Shown here piece by piece: positions 19,494 to 28,851 of a stretch of DNA of 64,000 nt. Each line of letters starts with the position of its first letter. Within the stretch, counting starts at the first letter, position 1. A program made the position numbers and the translations under genes. Where the stretch lies: positions 32,001-96,000 of the forward strand of contig CAVPSB010000049.1 in the NCBI GenBank assembly GCA_963708025.1, written 5' to 3'. Origin of the DNA: an uncultured Candidatus Rokubacteria bacterium (lineage in GTDB: Bacteria > Methylomirabilota > Methylomirabilia > Rokubacteriales > DASRDR01). The notes below the pieces were generated by a model. That model searched no databases and was not told where the DNA came from. It saw nothing but the letters and a program-made list of their open reading frames with translations.

Positions 19494-20581
19494 CGGATAC
19501 CGAACTGGGCCCGGACGGCCTCCGCCCCCGCCACGTACAGGTGGTCGAGGAGCGTGCCGCGCGCCTGGCGCAGCCGCATCGCCTCGACCACGTCCCGGTG
19601 TCGGCCGCCCGCGAGCCCATCCGCGATCAGCGCCGCTCCCTGGGCGGCCTCCTTGCACGCTGCGAACCCGCCGAGGCGACGCACCGGCGTCTCGGCGCCG
19701 AGCGCCGCCGCCAGCGCCTCGGCGATCGCGGGGACCCGGGCCAGCCGGCCCGACAGCAGGATCTCCCGGGGCGCCGGGACGCTGACGCGGAGGGCGGCGA
19801 CCATCTTCCCAACCGCCTCGAGGAGCGCGTCCCACGCCACCTTCGCGCGCGGGTCCTCGACGGCCCGTCCGGGGAGCGCCTCCGGGGGCAGATCCGCGTC
19901 GCCGGCGACGAACGCCGCTCCCCCGGTGAAGAGCGCCGACTTCCGGACGCTGCCCAGCGCGTAGGCCAGCTCCCCGTCCAGCGTGCCGAGACCCCGATAG
20001 CCGAGCCCACCGCTGGTGCCGCCGATGCCGTCAACGACCTGGCCGCGGTCGACCGCGAGCGCCGCCGTGAAGACCCCGCCCAGCTCGACGACGATGAAGC
20101 TCGTCTCCCCCGCGGCCAGCGCGAGGCGCCGGGCCTGGTCCCGGATCCCCAGCGCCGCCACGCAGAGCTTGTCGGCGGTGCCCATGTCGACGCGGTTGAC
20201 CTTGCGGTGCGGCGGCACGGTCGGTAGGTGGATGACCCCGGGCAGCAGCACGGCCGGCAACCGGCGCGCGCGCATGAGCTCGATCATCGCCCGCAGCCCG
20301 CCGACCATCTCCGCCTGACCCCGGTCGTCCGGGCGGACGAGGATGAACTGGCCGAGCTGCGCCTCGTCGAGGTCGGCGACCGGGACGAGCGGGAGGCCGT
20401 AGCCAGAAGGGGCGGCGATCAGGTCGAGGGGGAGCGCAGCGGTGAGACGCTCGACGAGCAGCCCCGGGGTGCGGGCGGCATCCGCGGCCGCGATGGAGGC
20501 CTCCAGGAAGACGCGGTCGTCGTCCAGCCCGCAGAGGTCGAAGCTCAGCGTGCCCGGATCGACCCCGATGACACGCGGCAT
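19490..20581 (-). CDS. DUF1464-family protein (predicted ASKHA/butyrate-kinase-like)
   Basis: GVDPGTLSFD, APSGYGLP, PGVIHLPTVP..RKVNRVDMGTADK, VDGIGGT, KEAAQGAALIADGLAGG. Confidence 0.8.
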   Translation of the reverse strand: MPRVIGVDPGTLSFDLCGLDDDRVFLEASIAAADAARTPGLLVERLTAALPLDLIAAPSGYGLPLVPVADLDEAQLGQFILVRPDDRGQAEMVGGLRAMIELMRARRLPAVLLPGVIHLPTVPPHRKVNRVDMGTADKLCVAALGIRDQARRLALAAGETSFIVVELGGVFTAALAVDRGQVVDGIGGTSGGLGYRGLGTLDGELAYALGSVRKSALFTGGAAFVAGDADLPPEALPGRAVEDPRAKVAWDALLEAVGKMVAALRVSVPAPREILLSGRLARVPAIAEALAAALGAETPVRRLGGFAACKEAAQGAALIADGLAGGRHRDVVEAMRLRQARGTLLDHLYVAGAEAVRAQFGIR

Positions 20582-20627
20582 GCGCGCGGCTACACGGACC
20601 GGGCGACGCCGTAGATGATTTCTTCAG

Positions 20628-20714
20628 CACCTCCCGCCCACCCCCCCAGCCCCCCCTCCCCCACCCACCGGGGGGGAGGGGGGGTGCGGAGCATCGATTC
20701 CGTCATTGCTCTCA
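20628..20714. repeat. intergenic repeat family C, copy 2
   Basis: ACCTCCCGCCCACCCCCCCAGCCCCCCCTCCCCCACCCACCGGGGGGGAGGGGGGG...CTCTCA. Confidence 0.75.
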
Positions 20715-21566
20715 TGCCGACCGGGCGATGCCGTAGATCATTTCGAGGTCCAGCACCTCGTCGTTCCGCTCGAACAGCCGGGCCACGCAGGCCTTGTGGA
20801 CCTTCATCTTCAGGCTGCCGACCCCGAGGGCACCGAACACCTTCTTGCCCTCCCGATCGGTCGCCTTGTCGGTGGCCTCGATGCCCTCGATGCCGAGCGG
20901 CGGCACCGCGTTGACGTCGGCCAGGGCGACCAGCGTCGGGTGCCCGGCCCAGAGGGCGCGGCGGAGCAGGGTCGTTCCCGCCGCCCCGGCGGTGAGGCAG
21001 ACGTGCGCGCCTTCGAGCGCCCGGGCCACGCCGGCGTCGTCACGGGCCTCGGCGGGCGTCACCTGGACGCCGAAGCGCGCCTCCAGCTCCCTGGCCACGG
21101 CGCCGGCCCGGTCGAGCGATCGCGACGTCAGGGTGACCGCCGCGCCCTCCCGGGCGAACAGGACCGCGGCGCGGATGCCGACCGGGCCGGTGCCGGCCAG
21201 GATGACCACCCGCTTGCCCTTCAGCTCGACCACCCCGGCCAGCCGCGCCACCGCCGCCGCCGCCGTGGTGTTGCAGCCGTTGGAGTCCATCATGAGGCTC
21301 ACCCGGAACGGCCCGAAGAAGGCCTTCCGTGCTGCCTCCAGCAACGCCTCGCCCGCCGCGGTGTCGCTCCCCCCGATCCAGGCCGCCGTGTGGCGCAGCT
21401 CGGCCGGACCGCGCGTGAAGATGGCGCCGTGGAGCAGCGGCGTCACATCCGCCGGCGCGATGCCCCCGTAGCTCAGCACCTCGTCGGCGCCCGCGTCGTA
21501 GGCGACGATCCGGTCGAAGGCGCTCGGGTGCCTGTCGGAGTCGAGCTGCAGGAGGAGCTTCTTCAT
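20712..21566 (-). CDS. mtdC: NAD(P)-dependent methylene-H4MPT dehydrogenase (MtdC/MtdA-like)
   Basis: LLLQLDSDRHPSAFDRIVAYDAG, HGAIFTRGP, FFGPFRVSLMMDSNGCNTTAAAAV, GTGPVG, DVNAVPPLGI. Confidence 0.85.
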   Translation of the reverse strand: MKKLLLQLDSDRHPSAFDRIVAYDAGADEVLSYGGIAPADVTPLLHGAIFTRGPAELRHTAAWIGGSDTAAGEALLEAARKAFFGPFRVSLMMDSNGCNTTAAAAVARLAGVVELKGKRVVILAGTGPVGIRAAVLFAREGAAVTLTSRSLDRAGAVARELEARFGVQVTPAEARDDAGVARALEGAHVCLTAGAAGTTLLRRALWAGHPTLVALADVNAVPPLGIEGIEATDKATDREGKKVFGALGVGSLKMKVHKACVARLFERNDEVLDLEMIYGIARSA

Positions 21567-21647
21567 CGACGGCCTCCAGCCGGAAGGTGGGTGGCGCCGG
21601 GTGATCGCGGGTGCCGGGATGGACGCCATTGTACCGCACTCGCGCCC

Positions 21648-21676
21648 TTGACAGCCCGGCCGGCGCCGCCTACGGT
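21648..21676 (+). promoter_or_regulatory. sigma70-like promoter of the TPR gene, divergent from mtdC
   Basis: TTGACA-N17-TACGGT; opposite-strand TACAAT at 21628-21633. Confidence 0.4.
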
Positions 21677-21693
21677 GGGCGCTGGAGGCGTCC

Positions 21694-22869
21694 ATGACCC
21701 CCGATTCCATCGTCCGCGCACTGCTCTTCGTCCTGGTCGGGGTCCTCGCGCTGGCCGGGCCCGCCCGCGCCCAGCACTGGGGCCATTCGACGCCCGCGGC
21801 CCCGCCGCCGGCGAGCGGCGACCACCAGGGCCACCAGATGGACCACTCCACGGCCGAGTCCGGCCCGGCGATGTTGTGGCAGATGTACATGGACATCGGC
21901 ATCCAGGCATACCGGCACGGCCTGTGGAGCGAGGCGGAGAAGACGTTCACCTCCGCCGTCAAGGAGGGGCGCACCCTCGGAGCGGCCGATCCGCGGCTGG
22001 CAACCAGCCTCAACAACCTGGGCGAGCTGTTCCGGGTTCAGGGCCGGCTGCCGGCCGCCGAGCAGGCGCTGAAGGAGGCGCTGGCGATCCGGGAGAAGGC
22101 CCTGGGGCCGGATCATGTCCAGGTGGCCGAGACCGTGAACAACCTCGCGCTCACCGCGCAGGCGCAGGGCCGGTCCATGGAGGCGGAGGGCCTCTATCGA
22201 CGCGCCATCGCCATCTGGGAGAGGGCCCTGGGGCCCGACGACCCGCGAGTGGCCGTCGGCCTCAACAACCTGGCGATGGCCTACTGGGAGCGACGCGACT
22301 ACGTCCAGGCCGAGCCGCTCTTCAAGCGGTCGCTGGCGATCCGGGAGAAGCTCCAGGGGTCCGAGCACCCGGAGGTCGCGGTGGCCCTGAGCAATCTCGC
22401 CGAGGTGTACCGGGCGGAGCGGCGGTACGCGGAGGCCGAGCCGCTCTACCGGCGGGCCCTCGCCATCCTCGAGAAGGACCCGGGGCCGGACCAGCCCGGC
22501 GTCGCGGTCGTCCTCGGCGAGATGGCGGACAGCTACCGCGCCCAGGGACGCCAGGCCGACGCCGACGCGCTCTACCGGCGGGCCCTCGCGATCTGGGAAA
22601 AGACGGTCGGCCCCTATCACCCGCGGGTCGCCACCACCCTCAACGGCCTCGCGCTCGTCGAGGAGGCACGGGGCCGCTCCGGCGAGGCCGAGGCGCTCCT
22701 CACCCGCGCGCTCCGGATCTACGACGGCCCTGCCGGCGACCTGCCCGAGAGCCGACCCGCCCAGGCCCAGATCCTGGGGAATCTCGCCACGGTCTACCGG
22801 GCGCTCGGCAAGCCCGACCAGGCCGCCGCCGCCGAGGCCCGCGCCGCCGCCCTGGCTCTTCCCCGGTAG
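21694..22869 (+). CDS. exported tetratricopeptide-repeat protein
   Basis: Signal peptide, His-rich segment, about seven repeats of LNNLA..Y...AEPLY.RALAI.EK..GP.HP. Confidence 0.88.
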   Translation: MTPDSIVRALLFVLVGVLALAGPARAQHWGHSTPAAPPPASGDHQGHQMDHSTAESGPAMLWQMYMDIGIQAYRHGLWSEAEKTFTSAVKEGRTLGAADPRLATSLNNLGELFRVQGRLPAAEQALKEALAIREKALGPDHVQVAETVNNLALTAQAQGRSMEAEGLYRRAIAIWERALGPDDPRVAVGLNNLAMAYWERRDYVQAEPLFKRSLAIREKLQGSEHPEVAVALSNLAEVYRAERRYAEAEPLYRRALAILEKDPGPDQPGVAVVLGEMADSYRAQGRQADADALYRRALAIWEKTVGPYHPRVATTLNGLALVEEARGRSGEAEALLTRALRIYDGPAGDLPESRPAQAQILGNLATVYRALGKPDQAAAAEARAAALALPR

Positions 22870-23057
22870 AGTCGGCGAGGACGTCGCGACCACGGGCGAG
22901 GACGCCCCGGCCTCGGCGTCACATGATCAGGGAGTCGACCACCTCGTAGCGGTTCGTCACGACGCTGGCGCCGGTGGCAGCTGAATCACTCCACACCCCG
23001 TATGTCCTCGTCGTGCGCTTGCAGACGCAGCTCGGTGGCGAGGGTCCCCCGAGTTGG

Positions 23058-23372
23058 CTAGCTCCGTCCTCCGCCGGACCTTGCAGATGATGCCCACGTT
23101 CTTGCCAACGCGGTCATGCTCGCCTCGTGTTCAGGCCAATCATGAAGTGTCGCGGGATCGAAGTCCGCCCCGTTCGGCCATACGAGAGTGTGAACCTCGG
23201 GGTCTACGCAGACGGCGTTGAATAGGCCCACGTCACGCAATGGACCATAGAGCTCACCCTCCAGAACTGGGCGCAAGTCGATCGTGCTCGACAGCCCGTC
23301 CCCAGACACGATCCGCAGACGATAGGGTCCGACGATCTCGAAGCCCGTGATCCTGTGAATCGGGTGCCTCAT
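23058..23372 (-). CDS. DUF2442-domain protein (putative antitoxin)
   Basis: GPYRLRI..GDG....IDL......GELYGPLRD..LF..V.VD....TLVWPNGADFDP..L; AAGGAGG RBS; lower GC than the surroundings. Confidence 0.85.
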   Translation of the reverse strand: MRHPIHRITGFEIVGPYRLRIVSGDGLSSTIDLRPVLEGELYGPLRDVGLFNAVCVDPEVHTLVWPNGADFDPATLHDWPEHEASMTALARTWASSARSGGGRS

Positions 23373-23385
23373 GAGAGCTGCCTCC

Positions 23386-23530
23386 TTACCGAAGCGGCTC
23401 GATCTTGAGAGGCGGACGACCCGCCTGCAGGCGCTCCCACCCATCCAGCAGCTCACTCCGGTGGATCTCCGCCGACGCTTCGACGAGACGTTGCTGCCGC
23501 TGCGGCAGTCTGCCAGCGACGAGTTCGCCC
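23386..23530 (-). pseudogene. 5'-truncated DUF4160-family gene
   Basis: Manual translation GELVAGRLPQRQQRLVEASAEIHRSELLDGWERLQAGRPPLKIEPLR*; N-terminal half absent. Confidence 0.65.
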
Positions 23531-23535
23531 CTGCT

Positions 23536-23577
23536 GCCCACGGCACAGGGGAAGCGGGCCTTGCCTGTGCCATGGGC
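23536..23577. terminator. inverted repeat after the orf20-like gene
   Basis: GCCCACGGCACAGG ... CCTGTGCCATGGGC. Confidence 0.45.
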
Positions 23578-23596
23578 GAGCCCGGTGGCGCGAGCG

Positions 23597-24988
23597 TCAC
23601 CCCGGGCGGTCGCGGCGGGGGCCTTCGAGCTTCACCCGGCCGTGGCGGGACTCCTCGGCGGCGGGTGGCGTGAGGTACCCCCAGCGGAGCGGCTGCTCCT
23701 GAACGTAGGTCTTCCCGAGGAGGAGCGCGAGCCGGGCCTTCATCAGCTCCTTGCCGAGGTAGAAGGCGTGCCCGGGATCCTCGACCCCCAGCTGCTCGAA
23801 GAGGGCCTGGATGTCGGTCCCCTGGACGAACAGCCGGTGGTTGAAGACGCAGATGGACTCCCGCGTGGTGTAGATCCGGAAGTTCGGGTCGGTGATGGCC
23901 GCCTGCAGCGCCCGCAGCTCGGCCTCGGTGGCGTACTTCGGGCGGGCGTCCTTGACCGTGAGCAGGCGGTCGTCGATCTTCTTGGGGACGACGCCCCGCC
24001 GGCGGGCGGCATACATGAGCCGCCGGGCCACGTCCACCTCCCGCACGGCGCCGCGCGCCCAGTCGATCACCTCGGTCGTCAGCACGTGGCGGATCCCCAG
24101 CTCCTGGCAGAACCCGATCAGGAGCGCGTTGACCCCGGTGGTGTCGGCCTCGGTCAGCTCGGTGACGTTCCCGATCCCCATCAGCATCTCGGCGTCGGGG
24201 TGCCGGGCGCGCACCTGGACGTAGCGCTCGAGGGCGGTGGGGAAGCCGAAGTTGATCGGCTCGATGATCGGGTCGACGATGTACGGCCGCCCGATCCGCT
24301 CGAGGTGCGCGATGTTCCGGTCGAGGGTGTCCGAGGCCCTGGCCGAAGTCGGGGATGACGACGACCGTGCAGTGCAGCGCCTCGGCGACGTCGAGGTTGG
24401 TGCCGTTGACGCTGAGCAGGTAGTCCACCCCGGCCCGGTCGGCGGCCAGGATCTCGCCGGTGTCGAACGTGTCGATGCTGACCGCCATGCCGCGGGCCTT
24501 CAGGAGCGCCGATCACCTCGGCCGCGTCCTCGAACTTCCGGTCGAGCGAGCAGCCGAGGTCGATGACGTCCGCCCCGCTCGCCCGGTAGTAGTCGGCCAG
24601 GCGGACGACCTCCGCCCGGTCGAGGTACGGGACGTTGTTGATCTCGGCGAAGATCCGGATGTCGTGCCCGCCGTAGTCCTCCCGCAGCGCCGCCTGGCCG
24701 AAGTACTCCGGCAGGTCGCGGAGGTCGGCCGGCCCCTTCTCCACCCGGACCCCCGCCCGGTCCTCGAGGACGCGCAGGTCGCCCTCGCAGAGGCCGGGGA
24801 TCAGGATCCGCTCGACGCCGTCGACCGCTCGGGAGGTGCTTGGCGATCCACGGCGTCGTCATCAGCGCGGCGACCGTGATCCGCATGACCGCGACGTCGT
24901 ACTCGAAGGCCGGCGCCATGGCCTCGAGTGTCGTGCGCAGCGCCGGGGCCGCCAGCTTGCCGGTGACGAGGAGCCGGTCTTGCGCCAT
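23597..24988 (-). CDS. dihydropteroate-synthase-like methanopterin biosynthesis protein (Orf20/DUF6513), three apparent frameshifts
   Basis: Consecutive frames give VTGKLA..VAALMT, KGPADLRDLPEYFG..GADVIDLGC, SIDTF, DPIIEPINFGF, GIGNVTELTEADTTG, HAFYLGKELMKA, YVQEQPLRWG. Confidence 0.8.
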
Positions 24989-25048
24989 GCCGGCGAGTCG
25001 CCTCGACGTCGGCGCGGCGTTCGCGGAGGCCGGGCCGGCGCGACGTCC

Positions 25049-25430
25049 TCAGGCCGGCTTGTCAGGGCTGCCGCCGCGCACCCACTTGTTGGGGGTCCCC
25101 TCCATGGGCTCCCCGGGCTTCGGCCGCCACAGCGACCGTCTCCTCGATCTTCCGGGCCACCGCGAAGTCCCGGTCGGTGATGCCGTTGGAGGAGTGGGTG
25201 CGGAGCTTGACCCACACCTTGCCCCAGGTGACCTCGAGGTCCGGGTGATGCCAGGCCGCCTCCGCCACGAAGCCGATGGTGTTGACCAGCGCCAGCGTGG
25301 TCAGCCACCCGTCGGTGTTGTACTTGCGGCGGATCCACTTCCCCTCGTACCACCAGTCCGGCAGCTCGTCCTTCAGCCGCTTCTCGATCACGTCGTCGGC
25401 CAGAACGGGCAGCTTCTTCTCCTCGGCCAT
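25049..25430 (-). CDS. pcbD: pterin-4-alpha-carbinolamine dehydratase (one apparent frameshift near 25135)
   Basis: AEAAWHHPDLEVTW, LRTHS, GITDRDF; restored end VLWRPKPGEPMEGTPNKW. Confidence 0.85.
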
Positions 25431-25510
25431 GGTCCACCTCCCGCGATCCGCGGTCTGTCCTATGCGAGTGTCAAAGTGCCGCGTCTCGACCGTGGCAAGC
25501 TTGGAAGGCC

Positions 25511-25577
25511 CCTCCGAGCGGCGGCTTCGCCGCCGCACCCGACGGGGGGGCATCGGGCGGGTCTTCGGACCCCCCCG
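25511..25577. repeat. intergenic repeat family B, copy 1
   Basis: CCTCCGAGCGGCGGC...CGACGGGGGGGCATCGGGCGGGTCTTCGGACCCCCCCG, similar to 31814 and (reverse complement) 63037. Confidence 0.7.
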
Positions 25578-25581
25578 GAGA

Positions 25582-26344
25582 CTATCCCATCACGACGCCG
25601 CCGCCGACGAGGAGGGTCTCGCCCGTGATGAACGACGCCTCCGGTGAGGCGAGGAACACCACGGCCGACGCCAACGTCCGCGGGGGTCCCCCAGCGCCCG
25701 AGCGGCGTCGCGCTGCACCACCGCCCGACGCGTCGCGTCATCCGACCTCGTCGAGCCACTCGGTCATGATCCAGCCCGGCGCCACCACGTTCACGCGAAC
25801 CCGGGGCGCGAACTCGCGCGCCAGGCACCGGCTCATCGCCGCCACGCCGCCCTTCGCCGCCGCGTAGATCGCGGCGGTCGGGTTCCCCATCCCGTGCGCG
25901 ACGTGGTCCCACGCGACGTTGACGACCACGCCTCCTTCCCGCTCCCGCATCGCCGCCGCCGCGGCGCGCGAGCCGAGCCAGGTCCCCTTGAGGTCCACCG
26001 CCATCACGCGGTCCCACTTCGCCTCGTCCGGCCAGCCCGCGGCGTCTCCGGTGAGGATGTCCGCCCCGGCGTTGTTGACCCAGGCGTCGATCCGGCCGAA
26101 GGCGGTCAGCACCCCGTCGAGGAGCCGCCGGACGTCGTCCGCGCGGGAGACGTCGGCCGGCAGCGCGACGGCCCGCCGACCCAGATCCCCGATCTCCCCG
26201 ACCACCGCGTCGGCCAGCTCCCGCGAGCGCGCGTAGTTGACGACGACGTCGCGCCCCGGCCCGCGCGAGCGCCAGGGCGATCCCACGGCCGATCCCCCGG
26301 CTCGCGCCTGTCACGACCGCCACCCGGCCCGCCAGGGGACCCAC
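25582..26344 (-). CDS. SDR-family oxidoreductase (several apparent frameshifts)
   Basis: TGASRGIG, NNAGADILTG, YAAAKGG, VNVVAPGWI, TPLGRWGTP, FITGETLLVGGG across frames. Confidence 0.8.
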
Positions 26345-26360
26345 GTCGTCGCGTCCGGTG

Positions 26361-26903
26361 CTACGGGCGGCGGGCCAGCAGCGCGGTCAGGACGGGGCGG
26401 CCCTCGGTGTCCCAGTCGCGCGAGCCGACGCCGCGCCCGACCCACTGCCCGTCCCGGCCCAGGAGGACCACGGTCGGGGTGCCGGTCACGCGGTAGGCCC
26501 GGGTGACCGTCCCGTCGGTGTCGAGCAGCACCGGCATGCTGAGCCCGCGCTGCCTCACCCACGTCGGCGACGCGGTCCGGCGGCTCCGCGATGTTGATCG
26601 CCCACATCGTCAGCCCCTGCGGGCCCGAGCTCCCGGTGCAGCGTCTCCATGGACGAGGGCAACTCCCTCGTGCAGTGCGGTCACCAGGTCGCCCAGAAGT
26701 AGAGGAACGCCACCCGACCCTGGAGGTCCTCCAGGCGGTGCGCCGGCCGTCGAGCCCGGGGAGCGCCAGCGCCGGCGGCTCGCCCGACAGCGGTCGCAGC
26801 CCGAAGTCCTGAGGAGCCAGGCGACCGAGCCGGACTCGGCGCCGGCGGCGGTGGCCGCCCAGAGGCCCACCGCGATCAGCCCGCCCAGGACCCATCTCCG
26901 CAT
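26361..26903 (-). CDS. TlpA/ResA-like redoxin with an in-frame TGA at the first CxxC position (probable selenoprotein); also indel frameshifts
   Basis: Signal peptide; LYFWATW-TGA-PHC; LLDTDGTVTRAYRVTGTPTVVLLGRDG..GSRDW. Confidence 0.75.
26653..26671 (-). promoter_or_regulatory. putative bacterial SECIS hairpin
   Basis: Minus strand ACGAGGG-AGTTG-CCCTCGT; perfect 7-bp stem whose loop follows 16 nt after the TGA at 26681-26683. Confidence 0.6.
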
Positions 26904-26933
26904 GCTCGACTCCTCCGGATGCGCAGCCGGCCG

Positions 26934-27715
26934 TCACCGGGCGTCGCGGACGCCGCCGAGGCCGCGCAGCGGAAGCCCAGGTCCCCGATGCGCCGGTACA
27001 TGTGGTCGGCGGTGGCCCGGTAGGTCGTCCGCGCGTACCGCGCCCCAGTAGTACCAGCTTCCCCCGCGGTTCACGCGGGCCCCCCGGGCCTCGAGGTCCT
27101 CCCGGCCGTCGGCCGCGTCGTAGGGATACGGCCGGTAGAGGGAGGAGGTCCACTCCCAGACGTTGCCGGCCATGTCGAGCGCCCCGTAGGGCGACGCGCC
27201 CGCCGGGTAGCTGCCCGACCGCGGTGGTGCCGGCCGTGTATCCCGCGTTCGCCCGGTCGGGGTCCCGAACCGGTCGCCCCACGGGTAGCGCCGGCCGTCC
27301 ACGCCGCGGGCCGCCTTCTCCCACTCCGCCTCGGTCGGCAGCCGCTTGCCGGCCCACCGGCAGTACGTCACCGCCTGCCGCCAGCTGACGACGGCCACGG
27401 GGTGCTCCGACCTCGCGGGGTCGTCGACCCCGGTACCGGTCGAGACCGTGCAGGCCCCGCCGCGACACAGCGGGGGTAGCGGGCGTTCGTCACCTCGACC
27501 CGGTCGATCTGGAACGCCCCGACGAAGACGCGCCCCGTCAGGCGCTCGTCGTCGTCCGCGTCGGCATCGTCGGCTCCCATGACGAACTCGCCGGCCGGCA
27601 CCGGGACCATCTCCACCTCGTCCCGGCCCGGCATCGCCGGGCTCGGGGTGACGGCCAGGAGCCACGCGCCCAGGAGCCACGCGCCCACGCGCGCCACTCC
27701 GCCAGGGCCGCTCAC
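26934..27715 (-). CDS. formylglycine-generating-enzyme (SUMF1/FGE-sulfatase) domain exported protein (frameshifts; end uncertain)
   Basis: [58 protein letters not shown]. Confidence 0.8.
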
Positions 27716-27760
27716 TGCCCTGCCCTCGGAGCAGCGGCGTCTTTCATGGGCGGGTGGGAC

Positions 27761-28070
27761 CGGGCCGCGACCCGAGCAGCCCGCGGACGCAGGCGAGCGG
27801 CGAACCTCCGGGCCGAGACCCGAGCAGCCCGAGGACGCAGGCGAGCGGCCTGCCCCGGGCCGGCCGCGGGTCGAGACCCGAGCAGTCCGAGGACGCAGGG
27901 AGGAGGCGGCCCGAGGCGTGTGCCGCACACGTTGAGGGCCGCCGACGACCGAGGACGAAGGAATGCGACGGGGATCGGCCCGCCGCCGGCCCGGGGCCGA
28001 GGCGGGTGCCGCATCCGTTGAGGGCGCTCCTGCCTCGCCGAGGACGACGGGATGCGACGGGTCTCGGCCC
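27761..28070. repeat. intergenic repeat family A, composite copy 4
   Basis: Three left-end units GACCCGAGCAG(C/T)CCG..GGACGCAGG and two right-end units CCGAGGACGA..ATGCGACGGG..TCGGCCC. Confidence 0.7.
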
Positions 28071-28150
28071 GGAGGCGACGGGCCCCGGCCCGAGCCACTC
28101 AGCGCCATCGCGCTTGTCCCCCCGCCTCGCCCACACTATAATCCCGGCCG

Positions 28151-28851
28151 ATGCGCCTCCTCATCAGCGTCGTGGAGGCCGCCGAGGCGATCGAGGCGGC
28201 GGCGTCCGGCGCCGACATCGTCGACGTCAAGGACCCGACGACCGGGGCGCTCGGCGCGGCGGCGCCCGGCGTGGTCGGCGGGTCCGCGCCGCGACGCCGG
28301 CTGCACCTGCCGGTCAGCGTCGCCCTCGGCGACGGGCCGTTCGAGGCGGCGGCCGTGGCCCGGGCGGCGCTGGCCGTCGCCGGGCGGGGCGCCGCGTTCG
28401 TCAAGCTCGGCCTGCGGGACACCGCCGCCGACCGCGCGCGCGACACCTTGCGGACCGTGCGGGCCGCCCTGCCGGCCGGACGTCGCGCTCATCGTCGCCG
28501 GCGTTCGCCGACTTCGACCGGGCCCACGCGCCCCACCCGCTCGACGTGCCCGGCGCTGGCACGGGAAGCAGGCGCCCAGGGCGCGCTCCTCGACACCGCG
28601 GTCAAGGACGGCCGGGGCCTCTTCCACTGGCTGGACGAGCGCCAGCTCCGGGCGCTTCGTCGCCGCCTGCCGCGAGCCACGGCCTGCTCTCGGCGCTGGC
28701 CGGGTCGCTGGCGGCGGCCGACCTGCCCCGACTCGTCCCGATCGGCCCGGACATCGTCGGCGTGCGCGGCGCCGCCTGCGTCGGCGACCGCGTCCGGGGC
28801 CGCGTGAGCGGCGACCGCGTCCGGGCGCTGGGCTCGCGCGCTCCAGCCGGC
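28151..28851 (+). CDS. mfnB: (5-formylfuran-3-yl)methyl phosphate synthase (Orf22/DUF556), frameshifted; end uncertain
   Basis: LLISV..EAIEA..GADIVDVKDP..GALGA, PVSVALGD, FVKLG, LLDTAVKDG, ALAGSL, DIVGVRGAAC. Confidence 0.8.

Noticed and set aside
23058-24488. Apparent Orf20-DUF2442 fusion
   Set aside because: The middle is out-of-frame sequence, and DUF2442 has its own RBS and ATG at 23372
27761-28070. Possible CRISPR array
   Set aside because: Repeats are degenerate, spacing is irregular, they match a dispersed repeat family, and no cas genes are present
23597-28851. Mass pseudogenisation or programmed frameshifting of cofactor genes
   Set aside because: Motifs are intact, there is no consistent slippery sequence, and the pattern fits sequencing indels
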